From: Eledone cirrhosa | Taxonomy: Eukaryota | Direction of reading: 5' to 3' | Length of the DNA stretch: 28,101 nt | Assembly (NCBI GenBank): GCA_964016885.1 | Contig: CAXHJY010001035.1 | Location: forward strand, 1-28,101 | Shown: positions 10,834 through 22,202 of the stretch, piece by piece | Layout of the letters: the number at the start of each line of letters is the position of its first letter | Position numbering within the stretch: position 1 is the stretch's first letter | Translations under genes and position numbers: made by a program | The notes under the pieces: generated by a model | Databases searched by the model: none | The model's input: only the letters and a program-made list of their open reading frames with translations | What the model was told of the DNA's origin: nothing

Positions 10834-11935
10834 CTAGCAGTGGTACCCGCGCTGCACGGGATAAGGTATTTTGGAACGCGGGCCGCCAACAGACCTAATC
10901 GTGGAAAACTGCATGCCTGGACAATATGTAAAGAAAATAAACCGAATACTCTGATGGCTGGATTATCTAAGATTTTCCTTGATGAAGCAGGAAAAAGGCA
11001 GGTTTTAACCTAATGCGGGCCCTAGGGGATCAAGAAAATGAATATTTTTATGTGCATAATATGCCTTGAAATTTCAGGAAAATCGGTTAGCCGTAACACC
11101 TCAAAAACGCCCTAAAAAGCTGAAAAAAATGAAGTTTTTCACCTAATGTGGGCCCCAGGCCATAAAAAAGTTGGATTTTCTTTGCTCACGGTATGAAGAA
11201 GAGACTGACTAATACATAGTTACAATTTCAAGGAAATCAGTCTGACGTAACGCCTAAAAAAACCTCTAAAGGCTGAAAAAAAACGCAGTTTTCACCTAAT
11301 GCAGGCCCTAGGGGATCAAAAAGTTGAATTTTTTTATGTGCATAACACTCCCTGAAATATAAGTAATACACATGTAAAGTTTGAAAAAGATCGGTTGGGT
11401 ACTTCTCGGGTTTCACACACACACACACACACACATGCATCCTTCCTCAGTTTTATATATATATTAAAATAACAGATTAAAGTGGAAGCAAAGAATCGTT
11501 GCTTTCACCCTTAACAGGATCTTCTGAAACTAAAACATCAATCTGTGAACGCACAAGTAAGTATTTCGAAAAACGTTGCAGCCGAAGGAAAACAGGAAGA
11601 CGATACTTTGATTCGTTAAGACGTTCCCTTGCAATGAAAAGAAAATAGCGAACATAATACGTCATTAATGTTTGTCAGAATGTCGTAATGTAGACAGCCA
11701 GGCATACAGACAGATATTATATGAGCGCGACGAAGATCGATAACCGGCGCCTAGTACTCCTTTAACAACAGAAAATTGAAAAATAAAAGCTGCAGTAAAT
11801 ATCTTTAGACCGCAAGGAATATATAAATGCAAGTTTAACGTCAATCGGAGTAGAAATGTGGATTTGTATAGACTTTGCAAAAATGAGGACACACACACAC
11901 ACACAGACAACATCAGTTTTATATATATATATAGA
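10834..11935 (-). mobile_element. Non-autonomous Helitron, possibly composite
   Basis: The minus strand begins A|TCTATATATATATATAAAACTGATG..(GT)n at 11935. It ends with the GC hairpin CCCGTGCAGCGCGGG (10846-10860), 8 nt, then CTAG|T at 10834. No TSD. Three internal diverged ~135-150 bp repeats start near 11003, 11136 and 11289. Confidence 0.75.
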
Positions 11936-11964
11936 TATTTATATAGATATATAGATATATATCA

Positions 11965-11997
<33 letters not shown>

Positions 11998-12118
11998 CAT
12001 ATTCATTTATATATATATATATGTATGCTTATATATATTTATTAGTAAAAAGTAAAAGAAAATGCTGATAAATTTTTCCCAGTGAAAAATAGTTTAATTA
12101 GGAATAAGTATAAATTAG

Positions 12119-12298
12119 TAATTGTTTCTACTTTAGGCACAAGGCAAGCAATTACCCAGTGCATTACTGGTACTTTATTTTATCGACCCCGTAAGGATGG
12201 AAGGCAAAGTCAACCTCGGCGGGATTTGAACTCAGATCGTAAAGGGACGTAACTATGCTGGAAAGCATGGCGTCCGACCCTCTACCGATACTGCCAAT
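12119..12298 (-). mobile_element. SINE family 2 copy
   Basis: The reverse complement aligns with 18086-18262. Confidence 0.85.
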
Positions 12299-12409
12299 CC
12301 ATAGTAATAAGTATTAGTTAGTATTCAGTTTTAGTTTTAAGTTTTTATGCTTTTCAAAAATAATTTTGAGATAGAGTGCTCATGATTTTTTCTCTAATAT
12401 ATATATATA

Positions 12410-12468
<59 letters not shown>

Positions 12469-12503
12469 TAAAATAACAGATTAAAGTTATTATTATTACT
12501 ATA

Positions 12504-13074
12504 TCATCATCATCATCATCATCATCATCATCGTTTAACGTCCGTGTTCCATGCTTGCATGGGTTTGGACGGGAGTTTACCCACTTGAAGCAAGAGTGGT
12601 TGTCTTGCTCGCATAGGACTGTCTGGCGGGTTTTCTACAGTTGGATGCCCTTCCTAACACCAACCACATTTACAGTGTGGGGCTGGGAGGTTTTTACCGT
12701 GTTGCCTACACGGCCACATTACAGCGTGGACTGTCTGGCAGGTTTTCTACAGCTGGATGCCCTTCCTAACACCAACCACATTTACAGTGTGGGGCTGGGA
12801 GGTTTTTACCGTGTTGCCTACACGGTCACATTACAGCGTGGACTGTGTGTTTTTTTTTCGTGACACCTACACGATCTCATTTGTTTCGGCCTGGATTTTG
12901 TGGCACCAACATAACTTTACATAGAAGGGGGCGGTGTGGATGGGGTGGGGGTGGTGGGACGGGGGTGTATTTTGTTAGAGATGCCTACTGACTGTAGTGG
13001 GTTTTACTTTGTATTTAGGTAACGCGGGTCTTCTCTGTTACTGAGTACCGCCAAAGGTCTCGGTCCAGTGACAT
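12504..13074 (-). mobile_element. RTE LINE 3' fragment (related subfamily) with a 112-bp tandem duplication in its 3' UTR
   Basis: The minus strand reads MSLDRDLWRYSVTEKTRVT* (compare MTHDRDFWRHAVIQGTR in the long copy). It shares the UTR motif ggatgcccttcctaacaccaacc and has a (GAT)n tail at 12504-12532. Units start at 12616, 12728 and 12840. Confidence 0.85.
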
Positions 13075-13429
13075 TATCAATATAATATCACATATATATA
13101 TTTACATAAAGGAAGTAAGAAAGAAATAATAATGAAAGGAATTAAATAATAATGAAATTGCAATTTTTCCTTTTCAGGAATGGACTGATCCAGCACGGTT
13201 TACTGGACTACCACTGAGGAGACTTCATCAAAGTTATTTGTATTATTTATTTCTTGAGCTATTCATATATATCTAGACAAGGAGAAGAATAGCAGACATG
13301 TATCCACATACATTCATTCATACATGAATGCATGCATTCATATAAGCATGCATTCTTCAATACATATATGCATACCTGCATGTACACCTATATTCACAGA
13401 CATATATATAGGCATACAAGCATACTTAC

Positions 13430-13790
<361 letters not shown>

Positions 13791-14179
13791 ACTTTTTCTA
13801 AAAATGAAAATTGATCCCCTTGGTTATAACATTGTGTCTTTCAGTTGTTTAATCAACGGAAATAGCTACTCATTGAGTTTTAGTGGTACATGGCTGAGTA
13901 TTCCACAGACACTTGTACTCTTAACCTAAATCCCTAATTAGTGTGTGACAAACATGAGCAGTCTTTCTGAAGTACAGGCACAATCCATCCAATAGATTTA
14001 CACACTCTTTCCATCTACTTACATGGTTTCTGTCACAAAACATGTGTCAACCTGAGATTATGGTTAGAAAATACTTGTCCAAAGTACCACACAGTAGGAT
14101 TGAACCCTGAGCTTCACGATTGTGAAGGGAACTTCTTAATTAACTGGCTAATCTCGTGTCCTACATACAAACATGTATA

Positions 14180-14378
14180 TGATGGTCAACTGAACAGTTC
14201 ATAGGCTGACTATGAAGGGGTGATTGCTAGAGCTGTGAAATCTTGCATGCATTAATTTCAACTCTTTTTATTAATAATGGCATTGTTTCTTTCCAGTGAC
14301 TATGTTGAAAAATAAACCTCATTTGGTCATTCCATGAGAGTATCTTGGTCAGCTTATGAACTTTTCAGCCGACCCTTA
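14180..14378 (+). mobile_element. Internally deleted mariner element (MITE)
   Basis: TA flanks and ~30-bp imperfect TIRs (tgatggtcaactgaacagttcataggctgac / gtcagcttatgaacttttcagccgaccctta). It retains gactatgttgaaaaataa = DYVEK*, a typical mariner transposase C-terminus. Confidence 0.8.
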
Positions 14379-14454
14379 TACAATTATGTATGCATTACCA
14401 CAGGAAGTGAGGCAAACTCAGACTTAGCTATCTTCAACAAAAGAATTGATGCTG

Positions 14455-14795
14455 TGATGGATTAAATGACTTGCAGTATTTACTTCTGTCTTTTTTGCAT
14501 TCTGAGTTCAAATCTTATTGGAGTCAGCTTTTCTTTACATCTATGTGAAATAGGGCAGAAGGAGTTGGGATGGAGGATTGATAAAATAAATACTGCCAAT
14601 TACTATAGTAAATTCAATTTACTATATCCTTTCCCTACCAAATCTCTGGCTTTCTGCCAAAGTTGGAAATCATTATTGATTTCTGATGTTGGCATGAGGC
14701 CACAGACTTTGGAGAAAGGCGCAGTCAATTAAATCAACCTCAGTATTTCACTGGTAATTATTTTATCAACCTCCACCAGAGGGATGAAAAGCAAA
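14455..14795. mobile_element. Two diverged SINE family 2-related copies, tail-to-tail
   Basis: Plus copy ctgagttcaaatct...ttggaaatc and minus copy gatttctgatgttggcatgaggcc...gggatgaaaagcaaa meet at attatt (~14673-14678). Confidence 0.55.
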
Positions 14796-14939
14796 AATTT
14801 GATTTAAAAAAAAAAAGGCTATTTATCCACTGCATTAAGTGACATAACACAGAAAAAGGCTATCTACCACTACATAAAGGGACATAACCAAATACAGGTA
14901 TACCTCACCCAATGTCATTAATTTGAAGTCAAAATTTAA

Positions 14940-15146
14940 CCCTTTAGCATTTACATTACTCTATATTTACTATTGTATTTTCATGTTAAAGGCTTTTATC
15001 TCACATAATATCGAATCTATGAGATTTTGATACTATTTATTTTGAGAACAATACCTTAATATCAATGAGTGGCCAGTTATGGCCAGTTTGAACAGAAAGA
15101 GGTGAGAGTTCTGGGGCTGAATATGGCCAGTTTAGATGCTAAAGGG
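14940..15146. mobile_element. piggyBac-type MITE (207 bp)
   Basis: TTAA|CCCTTTAGCAT ... ATGCTAAAGGG|TTAA: TTAA target duplication and an 11-bp perfect TIR. A second copy lies at 21043. Confidence 0.85.
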
Positions 15147-16514
15147 TTAAGTCGAAAGGCGACAGATGTAGAATTAACTCCCTATAAACCACTAACAGGC
15201 ATCCACCAGTGCTGTATTTAAAGAACATACAGTATGCAGTACACTACACTATTATTATGTGATTTTTATGTTTTATATTGTTTTTTAGTGTTTTTATGGT
15301 TTAATATTTTAGCAGACCGATGAAAAGTTGACTATCAACATAACACAAGGTTTATTTTTGCCATATAACATAAGAAAAACTGCCATAAAGTTGATGAAAC
15401 ACAAAATGATGTAATCCAAGGTATACTTGAATTGGAAAGGTAGTTATTTCCAATCGTTATACTAATTCAACCATCCATCACACTAAAACTTGAAATTTGA
15501 ACTATTGGTAAGCGTAATAGTAGGCACGTGGAGTGGTAGACACAACAGAGTATTAGTTAGACTATAAATGTCTAGAAGTATCTAATCTTGTCACTCTCTA
15601 TGCTACCGATTTTTAATTCCTGCCTAGTCTGATCTTGTCTTCTTTCATCTTTCCAGGGTCGATAAAATAAACACTAGCTATTGTTGAGGTCAACATTAAT
15701 TGCTGATGTCTCTCTGCCCAACCAGTGTCTGGACAACAACAACAGCAACAACAAGACTCTTACAACAATAACAAAACCATAACTCAGTCACCCAGCTTGC
15801 TAGAAATAACAATCAATCCTCCCCCTTAAACACACCTTTCTTTATTTCCATTTCATACCATACTGCATATCAGCCTGAAATTGTTAACACCTTGCTTAAC
15901 CCTTCTCCATTTCTGGAGAATGTGACTGTCATAGGGGTCACTCATGACCTGTCATCACAACACAACATAACTGATTGAGAGAGAGAGAGAGAGAGAGAGG
16001 AATCAACCCCCAGTACTTGATTGCTACTTGATTTATCAACCCTAGAAGAATTGATGTAAATTCAGTTAATGGATTTCAGCCTGTTACAGACATTCAATAC
16101 AGGTCTTTGGTTTGAGGATAGCTTCCTCACCCCTGCCGCCAGTCTTGGAGTCTCCCAAAAAGGAGTAATAGTAGGCATGTGGAGTGAATAGTAAATAAAA
16201 AATAACAACAAAAAAATAGCAACAGCAGCAGTAATAACAATCACAATCACAACAGCAACAATCATCACAGTTCCAACAACAACAACAACCATTACAACAA
16301 TAACTGTAAAACAAATAACCCTACAATAATCACAACTACATTAACTCCATAAATAAGAATAAAATAAGTCAACATGAGAACTAATCCCATGACCCGCAAG
16401 AAATAGCAATCAAATCTCACCCTAGCATCTTAGAAAGGAGATGGGAGAAAGCACTTTGGTTAATGTAGACTTGGATAACCCTAAAAAAAACATGCTTTCT
16501 CTCATGCATACATG

Positions 16515-16680
16515 CGTATGACAAGCTTACTTTGAGTTTCCATCTACCAAAATCACTCACACTGCAATCGGTCAACCCAAGGCTATAGTAGAAGGCACTT
16601 GCCCAATGTGCCTTGCAGTGAGTGGTATAGGACCCCTGACCATATAGTTGCAAAGTAAACCTCTTAACGACACAACCATA
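16515..16680 (-). mobile_element. Diverged SINE, same type as 6455-6605
   Basis: caacccaaggctatagtagaaggcacttgcccaa...ctcttaacgacacaaccata. Confidence 0.55.
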
Positions 16681-16993
16681 TCAACAACAACAACAAAACC
16701 CAATCACAGCCAGCATCACCATCATCACTAACATCAAGCATCATTGATAAGAGAAACAAGATTAATTGATCATTCAGCCACCTGACAGCTTGATTCCACA
16801 GCTTCTTTGGGATTACTGATTTATTTTTGTTTTGTATTTTTATAATTATTTTTCTTTTGTTGTTTTTTTTACCTCTGTTTTCATCTTTCTTTTAATATTC
16901 ATTCATTCATTCTTTCTTTGTTTTACTAAAAAAAATTTTTATTTTTTATTATGTTACTTATTCTTAATTCTTTTCTACCTTCTACCTTAGTCG

Positions 16994-17039
16994 GTTACCA
17001 TAGAGATACAGTGAGGTACTAATGTTGCTCTATGACAAC
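16994..17039. promoter_or_regulatory. Pair of RFX X-box-like motifs
   Basis: GTTACCATAGAGAT (reverse complement ATCTCTATGGTAAC) fits RTHNYYWTRRNRAC. GTTGCTCTATGACAAC lies 16 bp away. Confidence 0.35.
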
Positions 17040-17197
17040 ATGTTTGACTGATTAACTTTGCAAAGCAACATGTCTATTATTGACAATGAAACACTAGAAA
17101 GTTGCTGCTATTTGCAACTGTTAACTATTGCTGTCATTACTCCACTTATCTATATACATACATATATATATATATGTATATATATATACACACACAC

Positions 17198-17237
<40 letters not shown>

Positions 17238-17240
17238 TGT

Positions 17241-17975
17241 ATCATCATCATCATTTTACATCTGCTAATCTATACTTGCATGGGTTGGACAGGTCCTTCT
17301 CAGTACAGCCTCTTTCAACTGTCACATGCATTTGTCATCACTTCCATGAACCTTAGTGATCTGAGATCAGCTCTCACCACTTCCATCGAGGTCTTCCTCT
17401 ACTTCTGACTCCCTCCACAGGAGGGTCCTGTCAGAAGCAAATTGACCTGGCTATTATCTAACTATCTTGTTCGGGAACTATATCTGAATCTCTTGCCAGC
17501 TGGTTTTGCCCATAAAATCTGTCCAGCGGTTCTTTCCTGAGACATTCTAACCATGTGTCCATAGTACTGGAGCTGTGATCTCTCAATTTTGAGTAGTAAT
17601 GGCTCTACTTGAAGTTATTCTCTTATTTCCAAGCTAAGCACTTTATTGAGTGATGTTACTCCAAAACCCTTCAAAGGAACCCGATTTTGGCTACTTGTAT
17701 TCATGGTCATATTCTTTTGGTTATTAATTGAGTGCCATGACCATGGGTTGGGTAAGGGTAGGCATGAACTCCGAATTGAAGATAGTGGGTTCGGCTTTTA
17801 CACCTACCTCCCTTCTTCCAATGACCAAGTTCACTTAATTCAGCCTCCTGCACTCCATCATTCATGACAACAGCCTTGATATACTTGAACTTCTTCACTT
17901 GCTTCAGTGGAACTCCACTCATATTTAGAGTGCACTGTGCAGGCTTTCTTGAGAACACTGATTTACATTCCTGCC
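17241..17975 (-). mobile_element. Degenerate RTE-type LINE 3' fragment
   Basis: Minus-strand remnants GVPLKQVKKFKYI..V.MNDG and KIERSQLQYYGHMVRM. The terminal motif ccaacccatgcaagta...gatgtaaaatgatgatgat lies next to a TA-rich tract. Confidence 0.75.
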
Positions 17976-18085
17976 ATATAGCACTCCATTGGAAATCTAT
18001 GAATTGTATGTAGGGAATCACTTTCCAACAAGTTAAGTTTTCATATATATATATATCCTAACTCATGTGCTTTCTCTCCACATTA

Positions 18086-18274
18086 TTGGCAGTATCAGTA
18101 GAGAGTCGGACGCCATGCTTTCCAGCATAGTTACGTCCCTTTACGGTCTGAGTTCAAATTCCGCCGAGGTTGACTTTGCCTTTCATCCTTACGGGGTTGA
18201 TAAAATAAAGTACCAGTATTGTACTGGGTAATTGCTGGCCTTGTGCCAAAAGTAGAAACAATTATTATTATTAT

Positions 18275-18278
<4 letters not shown>
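18086..18278 (+). mobile_element. tRNA-derived SINE, family 2, full length
   Basis: B-box-like gagttcaaattc, central gttgactttgcctttcatccttacgggg..gataaaataaagtaccag and an (ATT)n tail. Many copies in the window. Confidence 0.85.
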
Positions 18279-18322
<44 letters not shown>

Positions 18323-19312
18323 TGTTACTATTTTATTCATGCAATATTATACAGTTATAGTATTAGTTACAATACTAACTATAATATACACGAGTATATA
18401 TGGTGGGGTGATATCTTATTACAGTTAAAGGGAAAAATTCAAATTATTGTATATCAATTTAAAATCTAATTCCATGAGTGTGTGTAATATCTTCAATAAC
18501 ATCACCTGTATTCAGTATATTCAGTAAAATGGCCAGTTAATTAATGTTTAAAGATAATATCAATTATGCTGAGAGGCTAAACCCCTTAGGGGAATTATAA
18601 AACAAATAGCTAATATTTAATGTCTCGTGAAAGAGTTTACTATATGTAATTTTCTGGCTATAGTTCATGCTAGTAATATGTAATCTAATTTTCATCACAT
18701 TCCTGTATCATTACTAACACTATTGAATGCCAGTAAAACTTCAATACAATATTCAGTCTGTTAATAAAAAATATGTCACATAGCTAAAGATATAAAAACA
18801 TAAATGTAATAGTAATATATATTTTAAAAAGAAGTGTTAAAATTTGATATTATATATCTGTAGAAATCTAGTTCAATGTTTATCTATGTGTATGTGGTGA
18901 GAGTTTATATCCTGTGAAGTAATGCATTATATAGTATATGTAATTTATCAAACATTCTAAAAAAAAAATGTATAATTATCCATCTATTATATTTTAGAAA
19001 TATAACAAAATGTACCAACTTGGTACAACCCACTTAAAATTTAATAACAAAGTCTAAAAACTGTAAAAATGAACCATTGCGTGCTTATACAAAAAGTTTA
19101 GCTTGATTATTTATGCATTGAGAATCCAAAATGTAAACATTAAAATAATAATGTAGCATTTGTTGAAACCAAGTTATTGAAGAATTGTGTATGTTGTTGG
19201 TAACAGATTTTAAATCTAGTGTCAGTTAAGCCATAGGGTCCTATGTCTTACAGCAAGATATTTAGAAGCAAGCACCAGTAATGCACTGGAGTAATTGCTG
19301 GTCTTGTGCCGA

Positions 19313-19416
19313 AAGAAGAAGAAGAAGAAGAAGAAGGAAAAGAAAGAAGGAAAATAAAGAAGAACAAGAAGAAGAAGAAGAAGAAGAAGAAGAAGAAGAA
19401 GAAGAAGAAGAAGAAG
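19313..19416 (+). repeat. (GAA)n microsatellite at the 3' end of a SINE remnant (~19225-19313)
   Basis: gtaattgctggtcttgtgccgaaa runs directly into (GAA)n. Confidence 0.85.
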
Positions 19417-19777
19417 GCAAACACTACAAAAAAAAAATGAAAAAAAAAATGAAGTGTAAACAAGTTTCCTTAACAACAATAGTAACAATAGCAACAGCAT
19501 TAACAGCATCAAGAATGCTACAGCAACCATATAATATTTCTAATTAATGAACAGAAAGAGCAGCTGAAAATAAAATAATATAAATATCCTGATATCCTAC
19601 ATGATGTGTATTGCTGCTACATACATAAAAATATAGTAAACATATACTAAGTAATATGATTGCCATGTTAAAAAACATCATTCTAGTATGTTCAATATTT
19701 ATCTTTCTACCATGTAATACTATCATCTATATATGTATGTTATCTTCTTTATGTTACAATGTATCTCATATATCTGA

Positions 19778-19848
<71 letters not shown>

Positions 19849-20332
19849 TGTATGTATGTATGTATGTATGTATGTATGTATGTATGTACGTATGTATGTA
19901 TGCATGTATGTATGCATGTGAAAGGTAAACAGAAATAACAACACAATCGGTACAATATATTAGTTTCACACTTGAAATAGCAGGAAGAGGGTCTTAACGT
20001 TTTGGATGCTAATCCTTCATCAATGAGAAATTAGATAGATTGACGGGATGTCATGTTGCCATCTTAAATATAATATATATATATATATATATAAACTTAA
20101 GAAAATTAACAAAGAAAGGACAAGACGACGAATGGAAACAAAACAAAATGAAAAACAATTTTTTAAGGAGAAACCTTAACAAATTATTTAAAAAAAATAA
20201 ATATACAAACAAAGGATACAGAACTCCAAGGTCATTGGCTGTTGAGATGGACTTGGGCAGTTTTGACCCCTACCAACGGTACTGCTGGTTCATCCAGGGT
20301 CACAGCATCTGACATAAGCCAAATGCAGTCCA

Positions 20333-20394
<62 letters not shown>

Positions 20395-20770
20395 ATGATA
20401 ATGATGTGTGTATGGGTATACATATATATACACATATATTCAAAGGTTGACTCTTACAGGACAAGTATTGTTTCTTTCAGTGAAAAATTCATATTGAATA
20501 CCTGATTGTAGTTCTTTTCTATTTTAACCAGAATTCCTTTCTACAACTATATACATCACCATGTACATATGTGTGTCTGTATACCCACACACATGATATA
20601 TATATATATATATATATATACATGGATGTTATATAGTGGATAAATATGCACATGCTAATCATGTTTATCAGATAATAGCTGAATATACAACATGTGTTGC
20701 CTCTGTTATCATATACTATACATGGAGCAGTGATTTCAATATATAATGTATAAATATGCAATACAAACAT

Positions 20771-20880
20771 ATAATTGTTTCTACTTTTGGCACAAGGCCA
20801 GCAATTATACCAGTGTATTACTGGTACTTTATTTTATCGACCCCGTAAGGATGAAAGGCAAAGTTAACCTCGCCGGGATT
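20771..20880 (-). mobile_element. SINE family 2, 5'-truncated
   Basis: aattgtttctacttttggcacaaggccagc...tcgaccccgtaaggatgaaaggcaaagttaacctc. Confidence 0.8.
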
Positions 20881-21042
20881 GCATTATAATGAATGGATAG
20901 ATGCATAGACAGAAATACAGACAGACATGTGCAGTTACTACATACACATAAACACACTCACACATAGACACACACACACAGAGGCATACGGCTGTGTTCC
21001 AATCTAAATTAAAAACTGTTCAACATATATGTTAACCTTTAA

Positions 21043-21361
21043 CCCTTTAGCATTCACATTACTCTATATATACTATTATATTTTCATGGTAAACACTTTA
21101 ACATTCACATTACTCTATATATACTATTATATTTTCATGGTAAACACTTTAGCATTCACATTACTCTATATATACTATTATATTTTCATGGTAAAGGCTT
21201 TACCTCACATAATATTTCTCAATATCGAATCTATGAGATTTTGAAAGTATTTATTTTGAGAACAATACCTTAACATCAGTTTGAGTGACCAGTTACAGCC
21301 AGTTTCAACAGAAAGGGGTAGAGAATTCTGACCGGTTTTGGCCGGTTTGAACATTAAAGGG
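21043..21361. mobile_element. piggyBac-type MITE of the same family, with a triplicated 51-bp left end
   Basis: TTAA|CCCTTTAGCAT ... ATTAAAGGG|TTAA. The body aligns with 14940-15146. ctttagcattcacattactc...catggtaaaca occurs three times. Confidence 0.85.
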
Positions 21362-21674
21362 TTAATGTTGCAAATACCATCTTAATGAAATAATTAATAA
21401 TTTTAGTAAATCCCTCGAAATTCTTCATTAATATGGTCCAATGAGCTTTTGATTCCAAAGTCGGGCCAAATCGATACAGATCGAACCTTGAGCTGATCAA
21501 TAGCGAAATGCATGTCACCAATCAATAAACGTAATGAAGGCTTAACAAATCGTCCTTGTATTATTATAATTAAATATATATAACTTTGAGTGATCAGCAG
21601 CCTTTAGACTCCCCTGATCAATGAAACAATTGTTGATACTGTAAATAAAACCCTTTTGGTACAGCTGACCATGT

Positions 21675-21963
21675 TATTCTTTCACTCTTTCTGAGTTGCT
21701 GAAGCATGGAACAAACTAACTGCATCTGTTGTTAGCTGTCGAAACACTGCATCCTTTAAAACCTCCATGTTTCCTGAGATTCGCCAACACTACACCTAAT
21801 ATTCCACCCTCCACACACATACACACATGTATATCATGACTCATACACTATTCACTTCCCTGACATTTGTATATTATTCTATGTACTATACATACACCTT
21901 TGACGAGTTGTAGTGCACCTGAGCACTTTACACAATAATTTCATTATTATTATTATTATTATC
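21675..21963 (+). mobile_element. CR1-like LINE 3' end
   Basis: Reads VAEAWNKLTASVVSCRNTASFKTSM...* (CR1-type RV...WN.LP..VV......FK), followed by a UTR and an (ATT)n tail. Confidence 0.7.
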
Positions 21964-22000
<37 letters not shown>

Positions 22001-22022
22001 TAGAGAGAGAAAGAGAGAAATA

Positions 22023-22107
22023 CAGGGTGTCCCCCCAAAAATGTATACACACTTTGATTACAATACTGTTGAAATGTATATATATTTCGGGGGGGGGGGG
22101 GACCCTG
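22023..22107. mobile_element. Tiny Tc1/mariner-type MITE (85 bp), almost entirely TIR
   Basis: TA|CAGGGTGTCCCCCCAAAAATGTATACACA ... TGTATATATATTTCGGGGGGGGGGGGGACCCTG|TA. Confidence 0.7.
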
Positions 22108-22202
22108 TATGTATATATAATTTTGATAGGTTTCGGCCAGTATTGGCCCAAGCCATGTCTAACTTAATAGCACCGCCATATATACATATATATATATATA
22201 TA

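Noticed and set aside
13178-13235. Possible plus-strand exon after tttttccttttcag
   Set aside because: Good acceptor but only weak donors and no recognisable peptide.
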